From NCBI GenBank assembly GCA_903843045.1, contig CAIMOJ010000046.1, positions 95,073 to 159,072 on the forward strand: 64,000 bases of DNA, given 5' to 3'. This document shows positions 11,812 to 21,117 of the stretch, in pieces; within the stretch, counting starts at the first letter, position 1, and each line of letters starts with the position of its first letter. The translations under genes and the position numbers were made by a program. The notes beneath the pieces are model-generated. The model saw only the letters and a list, made by a program, of their open reading frames with translations. It did no database searches and was not told the origin of the DNA. The DNA comes from Candidatus Uhrbacteria bacterium. Lineage in GTDB: Bacteria; Patescibacteriota; Patescibacteriia; UBA9934; GWF2-40-263.

Positions 11812-13092
11812 TCAGCGGCCGTAGGGGAGTTCGATGCGATGGATCTTGCCGCTGACGAGCACGTTCGCCGTGACGTGGTCTTCGCCGTGCGCGATGTTCC
11901 AGGCGTAGGGATAGCCTGAGGTCATCGATGAGCCGGCGACCACGTGTCTTCCGCTCCCGTCCTCGAGGACGTATGCCACGCGGCCGGAGTTGTCGATGCT
12001 GGGCTCGTACGCCATCCCGTGGATGACATCCCGGCGCCCGCCCTTCGTGACGATCATCTCGTTCCGCTGGTTTCCGTCGCTGTCGACGAGGCGGAGATGG
12101 GCCACGAACTGGCTGCCGTCGGGAGACCAGCGCAAGTCACTTTCACGGATGCAGAAATTCCCTTCGTACACGCGCTCGGTCGAGTTCAGCAGGAGCCTTC
12201 GGGAAATGCTGCCGTCCTTCCTCTGGATGCGAAGCAGATTGACGATCGAGCTCGTGTCCGGCGAAGGCCAGACGAAGTCGATCCCCGTGTCCGTCCCGTC
12301 GCGACCCATGTCCGTGAGGACTCCCTCGCGACGGACCCTTCCGTCCTTCCTGACGTCGACCTCGTGCCAGTACGCGTCGCAGTTCCCATCCCGAAGCACG
12401 CACATCATCCGTCCGTGGTACAGGAACGGCTCGACCCGGTCGGCGACGAACGGAAGCGGGTAGATCGGCGGTCCTCCCTCGTCGGCGGAAAGACGCGGAT
12501 CGGTCGGAGGCGGCAGAATCCACGAACGGCGCGTTCCGCTTCCAAGCGGAAGCATGCCGTGCGAAACTCCCCGGTCGTCCATGACGAGCCTGGTCCCCTC
12601 GGGGACGACGACCTCCGTGTCGCGAATGACGTAGCGCCGCTGCCCGTCCCCGAGCGTGCCGATCACGACGGTTCCGAACGGCGAGGGCACGACGGCGTCG
12701 ACCCGATCGAGGCGCGTCACCAGTCGCGGCGCGCAGTGCTTGGTCAGCATCCAGATGCCCCGCGTGCCCCCGTACTCTCCCCACGCCTTCACGGCGCAGT
12801 CGGAATACACGTGCAGAATCATCGCCTCCCCGAAAATGGAACCGGGAAGCGGAAGCTCGGGGCTGGAGTGGACGACGATCGAGCAGGAGCTGCCCATCCG
12901 TCGCGTGACGGCGGCGATGTGCGAGCCGTCCTCGCTCGCTACCAAGTGCCGCTGCGCCAGTCGCTTGTGCAGCTCCGAGGCGAGCAGCGGATACGACGGC
13001 GCGTAGACGAGCTGCGAACGCGTCGGCTCGCGAAGGGAGAGGTGAACGATATCCTGATCGACCGGTCTCGGTCCCTGTTGAATCTTGACCAT
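11812..13092 (-). CDS. Hypothetical protein, probable TolB-like beta-propeller (PD40-like repeats)
   Basis: 426 aa with WSPDGSQF and SIDNSGRVAYVLEDGSG repeats. Strong SD AGGAGG before the ATG at 13092. Confidence 0.55.
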   Translation of the reverse strand: MVKIQQGPRPVDQDIVHLSLREPTRSQLVYAPSYPLLASELHKRLAQRHLVASEDGSHIAAVTRRMGSSCSIVVHSSPELPLPGSIFGEAMILHVYSDCAVKAWGEYGGTRGIWMLTKHCAPRLVTRLDRVDAVVPSPFGTVVIGTLGDGQRRYVIRDTEVVVPEGTRLVMDDRGVSHGMLPLGSGTRRSWILPPPTDPRLSADEGGPPIYPLPFVADRVEPFLYHGRMMCVLRDGNCDAYWHEVDVRKDGRVRREGVLTDMGRDGTDTGIDFVWPSPDTSSIVNLLRIQRKDGSISRRLLLNSTERVYEGNFCIRESDLRWSPDGSQFVAHLRLVDSDGNQRNEMIVTKGGRRDVIHGMAYEPSIDNSGRVAYVLEDGSGRHVVAGSSMTSGYPYAWNIAHGEDHVTANVLVSGKIHRIELPYGR

Positions 13093-13236
13093 TTGTCCTC
13101 CTGCCCACCTTTCGATGGAGCTTTGCCAACCTACGTGGTTTTGCCGAGTTTGTCAAGAAAAAGACCCCGAAGTACACTGTGGCGGTATGTCATAGAGAGC
13201 TCACGATTCCTCATTTCTATTTTTTAACGTCTCTCT

Positions 13237-14481
13237 ATGTTTCTTTCTGATTTCGATCCGGACCTGACCCGCTCCCTCAACGCCGAACTCCGCCGCCAGC
13301 GCGAGGGGCTCGAGATGATCCCGTCCGAAAACTTCGTGTCGCCCGCCGTGCTCGAGGCGCTTGGCTCCGTCGCCACGAACAAGTACGCCGAAGGATACTC
13401 CGGCAAGCGGTACTACGGCGGCTGCGAGTTCATCGACGAGATCGAGGAGCTCGCGATTGCGCGCGCCAAACAGCTGTTCGGCGCCGAGCACGTGAACGTC
13501 CAGCCGCTTTCCGGAGCTCCCGCGAACATCGCCGCCTATTCGGCCATCCTGAAGCCCGGCGACACGGTCCTCGGGATGGACCTCTCGCACGGCGGCCACC
13601 TCACGCACGGCCATCCGGTCACCTTCGTCGCGGGGATCTACAACTTCATTCGATACAAGACCGCCAAGGACGGGACGCTCGACTACGACAACCTCCGGGC
13701 CATGGCGCTCGAGCACAGGCCGAAGCTGATCCTCGTGGGCTACTCGGCCTACTCGCGCGAGATCGACTACGCGAAGGTGAAGGCGATCGCCGACGAGGTT
13801 GGAGCGCTCACCATGGCCGACATCGCGCACATCGCCGGGCTCATCGCGGGCGGAGAAATGGCAAATCCGGTTCCGCTGTTCGACGTGGTTACGACCACCA
13901 CGCACAAAACGCTCCGCGGACCGCGCGGAGGGATGATCATGTGCAAGGAGGCGTTCGCGAAGGCAATCGACAAGGCGGTGTTCCCAGGGCTCCAGGGCGG
14001 TCCGCACGAGAACGCGATCGCGGCGAAGGCCGTTGCGTTCAAGGAGGCGCTCGAGCCGGCATTCCGGGACTATGCTCGGCAGATTCGGTTGAACGCGAAG
14101 GTTCTCGAACAGGAGTTCCGGTCGCGCGGCTACATGCTCGCGTTCGGAGGGACGGACAACCATCTCCTTCTCGTCGACGTGATGGGATCGAAGGGAGTCA
14201 CGGGGCGGAACGCGCAGGAGGCGCTCGACAAGGCCGGGATCACGGTAAACAAGAACGCGATTCCCGACGACGCGCGCGGACCGATGGATCCTTCGGGGAT
14301 TCGGCTGGGAACGCCGGCGGTCACGACGCGCGGAATGAAGGAAGGCGAGATGAAGCTGATCGCGGGATGGATGGACGCCGCAATCGTCCACGCCGGAGAC
14401 GAAGCAAAGCTCGCCTCGATCCGCGCCGAGGTAAAGGAGCTCACAGACAGGTTCCCGTTGTATCCCGGCCTCGCGTACTAA
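13237..14481 (+). CDS. glyA: Serine hydroxymethyltransferase
   Basis: 414 aa with the SHMT signature (PLP-lysine region [16 protein letters not shown]). -35 TTGTCA upstream. Confidence 0.95.
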   Translation: MFLSDFDPDLTRSLNAELRRQREGLEMIPSENFVSPAVLEALGSVATNKYAEGYSGKRYYGGCEFIDEIEELAIARAKQLFGAEHVNVQPLSGAPANIAAYSAILKPGDTVLGMDLSHGGHLTHGHPVTFVAGIYNFIRYKTAKDGTLDYDNLRAMALEHRPKLILVGYSAYSREIDYAKVKAIADEVGALTMADIAHIAGLIAGGEMANPVPLFDVVTTTTHKTLRGPRGGMIMCKEAFAKAIDKAVFPGLQGGPHENAIAAKAVAFKEALEPAFRDYARQIRLNAKVLEQEFRSRGYMLAFGGTDNHLLLVDVMGSKGVTGRNAQEALDKAGITVNKNAIPDDARGPMDPSGIRLGTPAVTTRGMKEGEMKLIAGWMDAAIVHAGDEAKLASIRAEVKELTDRFPLYPGLAY

Positions 14482-14531
14482 CACGTTTCCCCGACTGCAA
14501 CCGTTCGACAATCCGTGCGATATATACGCAT

Positions 14532-15743
14532 ATGCACGAAATCAAACCAAATTCATCCGCAAAAATCGCTCTCGGCGTCTCAATCGCCGTGATCGTCTTC
14601 GCCCTCGGCGTCGCCGTCGCCCCGGATATCCAAAAGATTCTCCCGAACGTGCCTGATAACGCCGCGCCTCCAGCGACGATCCAGATCGTCTCCGAGGAAT
14701 CCGCGGTCATCGACGCGGTCAAAAAGGCATCCCCCGCGGTCGTCAGCATCATCGCGACCGGCGACGTCCCGAAGCTTGAACGCTGCATGAAGAGCGCGTT
14801 CGGAGGGTTCGGAGGAATGCAGTTCCAAATTCCGTCCACCTGCCAGAACGGAACGGAAAAGCAGCAGCTCAGCGCTGGGTCCGGATATCTCGTCACCGAA
14901 GACGGTTACATCATGACCAACAAGCACGTCGTAAGCGAGGCCGCCGGGACGGAGTACGCGGTCGTGCTGAACGACGACGGCCACAAGGGAAAGAGCGTCG
15001 CCGCGAAGGTGCTCGCGATCGACCCGACGAACGACATCGCCGTCCTAAAGATCGAGGAAACCGGGCTTCCCTTCCTCACGTTCGCGGACTCCGACGCGAT
15101 CCAGGTCGGACAAACCGCCATTGCCATCGGCTATGCGCTCGGACAGTTTGAGAACACGGTCAGCAAGGGCGTCGTCTCCGGCCTGGCCCGTTCGATCAAC
15201 GCGGGTGGTGGCACGTTGGGTTCCGAGCGCCTGTCCGGCATTATCCAGACCGACGCCGCACTCAACCCCGGAAACTCCGGCGGACCGCTGCTCGACATCC
15301 AGGGAAACGTCATCGGCATGAACGTGGCCATGGCAAGCGCGCAAAGCATCGCCTTCGCCCTTCCCGCGAACGACGTGAAGTCCGTGTTCGAAAGCGTGAA
15401 GTCGACGGGCAAGATCGAGCGCGCGTACCTCGGGGTTCGCTACGTCCCGATCGACGCGGATCTTAAGAAGCAGCAGGACCTTGCCTACGACTACGGTGCG
15501 ATCGTCGTCCGCGGCGAGAAGATCACCGACCTCGCCGTCGCCCCGGGCTCCCCGGCCGACAAGGCGGGACTCATTGAAAACGACATCCTTCTCGAGTGGA
15601 ACGGACAGAGGATCGACGAGGATCACGTGATCTCCGACTTGGTGAATCGGGCCAAGGTCGGCGACAGCGTCAGTGTCAAAATCTCGCACAAGGGCGAGGA
15701 GAAGACGGTGACCGTGGTGCTGGCGGCTAGGCCGACGGAATAA
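14532..15743 (+). CDS. HtrA/DegP-family serine protease with PDZ domain
   Basis: Start at MHEIKPNSS. N-terminal TM anchor, trypsin-like catalytic GNSGGPL and a C-terminal PDZ domain. Confidence 0.88.
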   Translation: MHEIKPNSSAKIALGVSIAVIVFALGVAVAPDIQKILPNVPDNAAPPATIQIVSEESAVIDAVKKASPAVVSIIATGDVPKLERCMKSAFGGFGGMQFQIPSTCQNGTEKQQLSAGSGYLVTEDGYIMTNKHVVSEAAGTEYAVVLNDDGHKGKSVAAKVLAIDPTNDIAVLKIEETGLPFLTFADSDAIQVGQTAIAIGYALGQFENTVSKGVVSGLARSINAGGGTLGSERLSGIIQTDAALNPGNSGGPLLDIQGNVIGMNVAMASAQSIAFALPANDVKSVFESVKSTGKIERAYLGVRYVPIDADLKKQQDLAYDYGAIVVRGEKITDLAVAPGSPADKAGLIENDILLEWNGQRIDEDHVISDLVNRAKVGDSVSVKISHKGEEKTVTVVLAARPTE

Positions 15744-15825
15744 GTTTTTGAGAGCATTCGTCGAAAGACGGGTGCTTTTCTTTTTCTTGCCGGAAGGGGT
15801 TTTTTCTGTGGCTGGCTGCCACACC

Positions 15826-16085
15826 GCGTCACTTTCTTTTTGCGGAAAAAGAAAGTAACCAAAGAAAGCCGCCGCCCGGTCGCCGGCCCTGCCGGAGCGA
15901 CCCAGCCAGGCCGCGGAAAGCTGACGGCGGCTTCAGCCGGGCGAGGATTGTCTGAGCGTACGAGCCCGCAGGCGAGAAGCGAGTTCCGCAGCGAGTCAGC
16001 TTTCCGTGGTCTGGCGTAGGAGCGGATGGCCGGGCGGAGCGGTTCTCTTTGGTTACTTTCTCTGTCCGCCAACAGAGAAAGTAAC
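15826..16085. repeat. MITE-like / structured-RNA-like inverted-repeat element (htrA-folD intergenic)
   Basis: Two similar hairpin modules, CTTTCTTTTT-GCGG-AAAAAGAAAGTAAC (around 15826-15858) and CTTTCTCTG-TCCGCCAA-CAGAGAAAGTAAC (around 16056-16085). Long-range imperfect inverted repeat GAAAGTAACCAAAGAAAGCCGCCGCCCGG (15851-15879) versus CCGGGCGGAGCGGTTCTCTTTGGTTACTTTC (16030-16060). These flank a roughly 150-nt GC-rich core. Shadow ORFs on the minus strand here are Arg-rich. Confidence 0.5.
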
Positions 16086-16121
16086 GCGGGTGCAGGGCGC
16101 AGCGCCTGCGGAAAAACACTT

Positions 16122-16150
16122 CAAATTCCGTGACACAAGTCACTTTCCCT
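16122..16150 (+). promoter_or_regulatory. Putative folD promoter (GTGACA-N17-TAACAT)
   Basis: The -10 TAACAT lies about 11 nt before the folD ATG, giving a near-leaderless transcript. Confidence 0.35.
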
Positions 16151-16170
16151 GCTAACATGCGTAGCATCTT

Positions 16171-17037
16171 ATGCTCCACCTCCTCGACGGACGTGCGATC
16201 GGCGCGCGGATCCGTGAAAAAGTGAAGGCGCGCGTCGCGGCAATGGCGGTTTCTCCCGGCCTTGCCGTAATTTTGGTCGGGGACGATCCGGCGTCGCACC
16301 TGTACGACGCGCTTAAGAAAAAAGCTTGCGAGGAGGCCGGGATCCGCTTTGAGCTATTTTTGTACCCAAACGACGAGCCCGAGCAATCGCTGATCGCGAA
16401 GATCGAGGAGCTCAACGCGCGCCACGACGTAACGGGGATCCTGGTCCAGCTCCCCCTCCCGACCCAAAACGCCGACCGTGTCATCGCCGCGATCCGACCG
16501 GATAAGGACGTCGACGGGTTCCATCAGGAAAATCTAAAGGCGCTCCGGGAAGGTCGCCCCGGAATCGTCTCCGCGCTGGCACTCGGCATCATGAAACTCG
16601 TCGACGAGGCAAAGCGAGTTTCCCCTCCTCATAGGGAGGAGGGGTCAGGGGTGGTCGTCGCGCCTCGCGTCGCCATCGTCGGAAGCAACCTCTTCGCCGA
16701 GCCCCTCCGCCACCTCTTCGCGGAACAGCACGCCGACGTCGAGCGCGTCGACCCGAAGGACGACGATCTCGCCGCCAAAACAAAAACCGCGGACGTACTC
16801 GTCGTCGCGGTCGGAAAGCCCGGACTTATCGTCGGTTCGATGGTAAAACCTGGCGCGACCGTCATCGACGTCGGAACGACACGCATGGGAAAACGCATCG
16901 TCGGCGACGTGGACGCCGAGTCCGTCTCATCCGTCGCCGGCGCGCTCAGTCCGGTTCCGGGCGGAGCCGGACCAATGACCGTCGCGATGCTGACGCTGAA
17001 CGTCCTCAAGGCCGCCGAGCTACAAAAAAATCCCTGA
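16171..17037 (+). CDS. folD: Bifunctional methylenetetrahydrofolate dehydrogenase/cyclohydrolase FolD
   Basis: 288 aa FolD with an extra surface-loop peptide VSPPHREEGSGVVV encoded by the palindromic mini-element at 16618-16664. Confidence 0.92.
   Translation: MLHLLDGRAIGARIREKVKARVAAMAVSPGLAVILVGDDPASHLYDALKKKACEEAGIRFELFLYPNDEPEQSLIAKIEELNARHDVTGILVQLPLPTQNADRVIAAIRPDKDVDGFHQENLKALREGRPGIVSALALGIMKLVDEAKRVSPPHREEGSGVVVAPRVAIVGSNLFAEPLRHLFAEQHADVERVDPKDDDLAAKTKTADVLVVAVGKPGLIVGSMVKPGATVIDVGTTRMGKRIVGDVDAESVSSVAGALSPVPGGAGPMTVAMLTLNVLKAAELQKNP
16618..16664 (+). repeat. Intragenic palindromic mini-element, type I, copy 1 (in folD)
   Basis: GTTTCCCCTCCTCATAGGGAGGAGGGGTCAGGGGTGGTCGTCGCGC, with a 9-10-bp perfect hairpin CCCCTCCTC/GAGGAGGGG. 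About 45 of 47 nt identical to the copy at 23036-23083. Confidence 0.8.
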
Positions 17038-17050
17038 CGGGATTTTTTCT
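17023..17050. terminator. Bidirectional intrinsic terminator overlapping the folD stop
   Basis: AAAAAAATCCC-TGAC-GGGATTTTTTT with the folD TGA in the loop. Convergent with the downstream minus-strand gene. Confidence 0.6.
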
Positions 17051-17054
17051 TGCC

Positions 17055-17450
17055 TTACTTCCGGCTCGCCCATCCCGCGACGAGTATCGCGGAGACATTG
17101 ATGAGCTGCCCCCGCAGCGTCGACGGCGAGAAGGCGATCGTCCACGGATATCCGTACACGGGCATCATCAGAAAGGCGGCTCCGACGACGGAAAGGCACA
17201 CCCAGACGGCGGCGACAAGAAACCGCATGCTCCAGTCGTTCTCGGAAACCTTTCGAAAATACAGCCAGGAAAACAGCAGGTATGTCAGCGGAGCCGCGAC
17301 GAACATCGCCATGAACACGAACGGGTTCGGCGCGATCTGGTAAAACGTGTACAGAAGCATCCCGGAAACATAGTTGACCGCAAAGCACGCGAACCAGAAT
17401 CCCAGCATTCGTTTGAGCGAGACGTTGTGGATGTTCATACGCTTAGGCAA
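17055..17450 (-). CDS. Hypothetical small polytopic membrane protein
   Basis: 131 aa with 4 predicted TM helices. Overlaps the permease stop by 8 nt. Start ambiguous (M1/M5/M15). Confidence 0.5.
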   Translation of the reverse strand: MPKRMNIHNVSLKRMLGFWFACFAVNYVSGMLLYTFYQIAPNPFVFMAMFVAAPLTYLLFSWLYFRKVSENDWSMRFLVAAVWVCLSVVGAAFLMMPVYGYPWTIAFSPSTLRGQLINVSAILVAGWASRK

Positions 17451-18588
17451 AATAATGAGCGACGGTCAGGATCATTCCGATCAGGTAGACTCCCGCGACC
17501 GCGAAGGAGCAAATGCGCGGAAGCTCAATGCAGACATGGTCGCGGCAGACCCCGGAGGATCGCATGGACTCGTAGGCTGCCACGATCAGGATGCCGACCC
17601 CGGCCGCGAGCACGGACCCAACGAACCCGATGAGACCGATGAACGAGCGCAGGCCGGCCAGGTAAAGGATCGCGGGCGGAACGAAGGTGAGCGCCCAGGC
17701 CGCGTTTTTGTGAAGGCCCAGATCAAATTGAAACGCATGGCGAAGCGCAATGGACGCGAGGGTGAAGATGGAGAGCACCGAGACGACTGCAAGCGCCGAG
17801 CCAATCGCCTCGAACGTCCCTCCGAGCAGCGGAACGAGCGCGTCAAGCGCGAAGGCGGACGTTCCCGTCCCGGTCGCGGATACGACGGCGAGGGTAAACA
17901 CCGCGTAGATTCCCATCACCCAACCCATTCCAACCATGACCGCGTGCGGTAGCCGCCGATTCGACCCGAGGATTTCCTTCATCTCCGGAATGGCCGCAAC
18001 CCCGCCGTTCAGGGCAAAATAAACGACGCCGTACACGAGAAGGAGCTTATTCCAGTGCGACGGCATCAGGTTCGCCGGATGCGCGACCGAGGACGCGGAA
18101 ATGGCGATGAACGCCAAGAGGAACAGAAGCACGGTGAGAATCGCCACCTCCGCCCGCGAGGCGACCTTCATCCCTCCATAGGAAATGACCGCGACCGTCG
18201 AGAGCACGAACAGGCCGAATGCCGTCTCGGATCCGGACGACGTCGTCCCAAAAAGAAGCGAAAGGAAGCGTCCGCCCGCCATCAGATACGCCGTCAGGCT
18301 CCCCCACACTCCCACCGCGAGCGCAATGAGCCCGAACCGCCCCCAACCCTTTCCCAAATATGCCGAAACGTATCCGGCAAGCCGATGATGGCCGGGGGTA
18401 TGGGCGACGATATCCGTGTACATCAGCAGGAGCAGCGCGTTCAGTCCGCCGAGAACGAGGAGCGCGAGCAAGCCAACGCCGTACCCCGCCTGCGCGAAGG
18501 CGAACGGCAGTCCGAAGATGCCAACGCCGACGATCGATCCGATCATCGTTCCCACGGCGCGTACGAACCGGTTATTGGCAAAATCCAT
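17443..18588 (-). CDS. Aromatic amino acid permease family transporter (Trp/Tyr permease-like)
   Basis: 381 aa with about 11 TM helices. N-terminal SIVGVGIFGLPFAFAQAGYG is typical of the PF03222 family. Confidence 0.8.
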   Translation of the reverse strand: MDFANNRFVRAVGTMIGSIVGVGIFGLPFAFAQAGYGVGLLALLVLGGLNALLLLMYTDIVAHTPGHHRLAGYVSAYLGKGWGRFGLIALAVGVWGSLTAYLMAGGRFLSLLFGTTSSGSETAFGLFVLSTVAVISYGGMKVASRAEVAILTVLLFLLAFIAISASSVAHPANLMPSHWNKLLLVYGVVYFALNGGVAAIPEMKEILGSNRRLPHAVMVGMGWVMGIYAVFTLAVVSATGTGTSAFALDALVPLLGGTFEAIGSALAVVSVLSIFTLASIALRHAFQFDLGLHKNAAWALTFVPPAILYLAGLRSFIGLIGFVGSVLAAGVGILIVAAYESMRSSGVCRDHVCIELPRICSFAVAGVYLIGMILTVAHYFA

Positions 18589-18652
18589 GCACAGATTATA
18601 CCACAGGTTATCCTCTTGTTCACTCTGGCCGGCGTGCTAAGATGCGTTCGAT

Positions 18653-20122
18653 ATGGGCCTTGAGAGACTCCCACCGCAAAACATGGAGGCCGAGCAATCC
18701 CTGCTCGGCTCCCTTCTGATTGACCAGGACGCCATGATCAAGATCGGCGACGTCACGCAGCCCGAGGACTTTTATCGCGACTCGCACCGGCTCATCTATG
18801 ACTGCATGCTCGACCTGAGCGAGCGCCACGAGCCAATCGACATTCTCACGGTCGGAAACCGCCTCGAGGAAAAGGGCAAGCTCCAGCACATCGGCGGCCG
18901 CACCTACCTCGTCGAGCTGTCGAACGCGGTCCCGACCAGCGCGCACATCGTCCACTACGCCCAGATCATCCAGAAGAAGGCTTCCCTTCGACGACTGATC
19001 GAGGCCGCCACGAACATCACCCGGCTCGGCTACGACGAGGAGGGCGACATCGACGAGACGCTCGACGAGGCCGAGCGCACGCTGTTCCGCGTCTCGCAGA
19101 ACCTCACCAAGAACGCCTTCACCCCCATCTCGCGCGTCCTCGCCGAGGCATTCGACCGCATCGACGAGCTCCACCGCGAGCGCGGCAAGCTCCGCGGCGT
19201 CCCGACGGGCTACACCGAGCTCGACGGGCTCCTCGCCGGGCTCCAGAAGTCCGACCTCCTCATCCTGGCCGCGCGTCCTTCCGTGGGAAAGACGTCGCTC
19301 GCCATGGACATCGCCCGCAACGTCGCCCTTCGCGGAAAGGCTCCCGTTGGCGTGTTCTCGCTCGAAATGTCCAAGGAGCAGCTGGTCGACCGTATGATTT
19401 GCGCCGAGGCCGGCGTGGACCTGTGGAAAATGCGTACCGGCCGCCTCTCCGACCGCGACGAGGACTTCCCGCGCATCGGCCACGCGCTCGGCGTGCTCTC
19501 CGAGGCCCCCATCTTCATCGACGACTCGCCGACGCTCACCGTCATGGAGCTTCGCACCAAGGCCCGCCGCATGCAGGCCGAGCACGGCCTCGGGCTTATC
19601 ATCATCGACTACTTGCAGCTGATGGAAGGCCGCAGCAAAAAAGGCGGAGGCAACGACGAGAACCGCGTGCAGGAAGTCTCGGAAATCTCCCGCGGCCTCA
19701 AGCAGATCGCCCGCGAGCTCCGCGTCCCGGTCCTCGCCCTCGCCCAGCTCTCCCGCGCCGTCGAGCAGAACAAGCCGGCCATTCCTCGATTGTCCCACCT
19801 GCGCGACTCCGGCTCCATCGAGCAGGATGCCGACGTGGTGATGTTCATCTACCGCAAGGCGGCGGACCGCAACTACCGCGAGGAGGATCTCGCCCCGGAA
19901 GAAAAGAACATCGCCGAGGTTCACATCGCCAAGCACCGCAACGGCCCGACCGGCATGGTCCGCCTCTTCTTCGATAAGACAAGGACAAGCTTTAAAAACC
20001 TCGACCTCCGCATGGGCGGCAGCAACCAGTACGGCTCCGACATGCCCGTTCCTCCCCCGATGCCGTCCGCTCCCCCTCCGGTTGATCACGGGTTCGTCCC
20101 GCCGCCGGGAGAGATGGTATAA
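18653..20122 (+). CDS. dnaB: Replicative DNA helicase DnaB
   Basis: 489 aa with the DnaB N-domain, Walker A ARPSVGKTSLAM and a Pro-rich C-terminal tail. No intein. -10 TAAGAT upstream. Confidence 0.95.
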   Translation: MGLERLPPQNMEAEQSLLGSLLIDQDAMIKIGDVTQPEDFYRDSHRLIYDCMLDLSERHEPIDILTVGNRLEEKGKLQHIGGRTYLVELSNAVPTSAHIVHYAQIIQKKASLRRLIEAATNITRLGYDEEGDIDETLDEAERTLFRVSQNLTKNAFTPISRVLAEAFDRIDELHRERGKLRGVPTGYTELDGLLAGLQKSDLLILAARPSVGKTSLAMDIARNVALRGKAPVGVFSLEMSKEQLVDRMICAEAGVDLWKMRTGRLSDRDEDFPRIGHALGVLSEAPIFIDDSPTLTVMELRTKARRMQAEHGLGLIIIDYLQLMEGRSKKGGGNDENRVQEVSEISRGLKQIARELRVPVLALAQLSRAVEQNKPAIPRLSHLRDSGSIEQDADVVMFIYRKAADRNYREEDLAPEEKNIAEVHIAKHRNGPTGMVRLFFDKTRTSFKNLDLRMGGSNQYGSDMPVPPPMPSAPPPVDHGFVPPPGEMV

Positions 20123-20150
20123 TATCGTCGCATTAATCTATTACGATCCT

Positions 20151-20453
20151 ATGTTCTCCAAGATCAAAGCCATCAAGGATATCCGCGACCAGGCCAAGAA
20201 CATGCAGTCCGCGCTCGAGGAGGTTGTCTGCACCGGTACCGGAGGAAAGGGCAAGGTGAGCATTTCCATGAACGGCAACCAGCGCATCCTTTCCATCGAC
20301 ATCGACGACGAGCTCATGACGAACAAGCCGGCGCTCAGCCAGGCGCTCATCGAGGCGTTCGGCAACGTGACGAAGGATCTGCAGAAGGAGATGGCAGGAA
20401 AGATGAAGGAGATGGGCGGATTGCAGGATATGATCAAGAGCTTGGGGATGTGA
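20151..20453 (+). CDS. ybaB: Nucleoid-associated protein YbaB/EbfC
   Basis: Start at MFSKIKAIKDIRDQAKNMQ (ATG 20151). 100 aa. Confidence 0.85.
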   Translation: MFSKIKAIKDIRDQAKNMQSALEEVVCTGTGGKGKVSISMNGNQRILSIDIDDELMTNKPALSQALIEAFGNVTKDLQKEMAGKMKEMGGLQDMIKSLGM

Positions 20454-21049
20454 GACGCTTTCCGGAGCCAATACAAAACGCCGTCGCGAGTTTCGCGCGG
20501 CTGCCAGGCGTGGGGCCCAAAACGGCCCTGCGCTTTGTGTATTATTTGCTGAAGCTGCCGAAGCACGACCTCGAGGTGATGGCCCGGTCGGTCGTCGCCC
20601 TCGCCGACATCAAGGTCTGTTCAACCTGCTTCACCTACGGCGAGGCCGAGACCTGCGACATCTGCCGCGACGAGAAGCGCGACAAGGCGATCCTCTGCGT
20701 CGTCGAGGAACCGCGCGACATCTCGACGCTCGAGGCGACGGACGCGTACCGCGGGCACTACCATGTCCTCGGCGGAACGCTTAACCCGATCGAGGGAATC
20801 ACGCCCGACGTTCTGCGCATCAAGGAGCTCGTCGAGCGCATTCGATCGACGGACTCGATCCGCGAGGTGATCCTGGCATTGTCTCCGACCGTTCATGGGG
20901 AGGCGACCATGATGTATCTGACGAAACAGCTGGCGCCGCTGGGACGACGCGTCACGCGGCTGGCGCGCGGCCTGCCGATCGGGGCGAGCTTGGAGTACGC
21001 GGACGAGATTACGCTCGGCGACGCGCTGAAGGGGCGGAGGGACTCGTAA
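20450..21049 (+). CDS. recR: Recombination protein RecR
   Basis: 199 aa with zinc finger C-x2-C...C-x2-C and a Toprim domain. Overlaps ybaB by 4 nt. Confidence 0.92.
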   Translation: MRRFPEPIQNAVASFARLPGVGPKTALRFVYYLLKLPKHDLEVMARSVVALADIKVCSTCFTYGEAETCDICRDEKRDKAILCVVEEPRDISTLEATDAYRGHYHVLGGTLNPIEGITPDVLRIKELVERIRSTDSIREVILALSPTVHGEATMMYLTKQLAPLGRRVTRLARGLPIGASLEYADEITLGDALKGRRDS

Positions 21050-21117
21050 CAGGATACAAAAAAGCCCCGCGCCAGCCCACCATCGGTGAGCCAACGCAGG
21101 GCAAGGGACGAGAGTCG

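Noticed and set aside
15744-16170. ZTP (pfl) riboswitch upstream of folD
   Set aside because: ZTP riboswitches are often found upstream of folD, but I could not match the conserved pfl pseudoknot sequences. The folD promoter also lies downstream of the element, so it is not the folD leader. Left as something a covariance-model scan should test.
20221-20260. CCGGTACCGG palindrome inside ybaB
   Set aside because: A short self-complementary run with a trivial restriction-site-like sequence, encoding the conserved TGTGG motif of YbaB.
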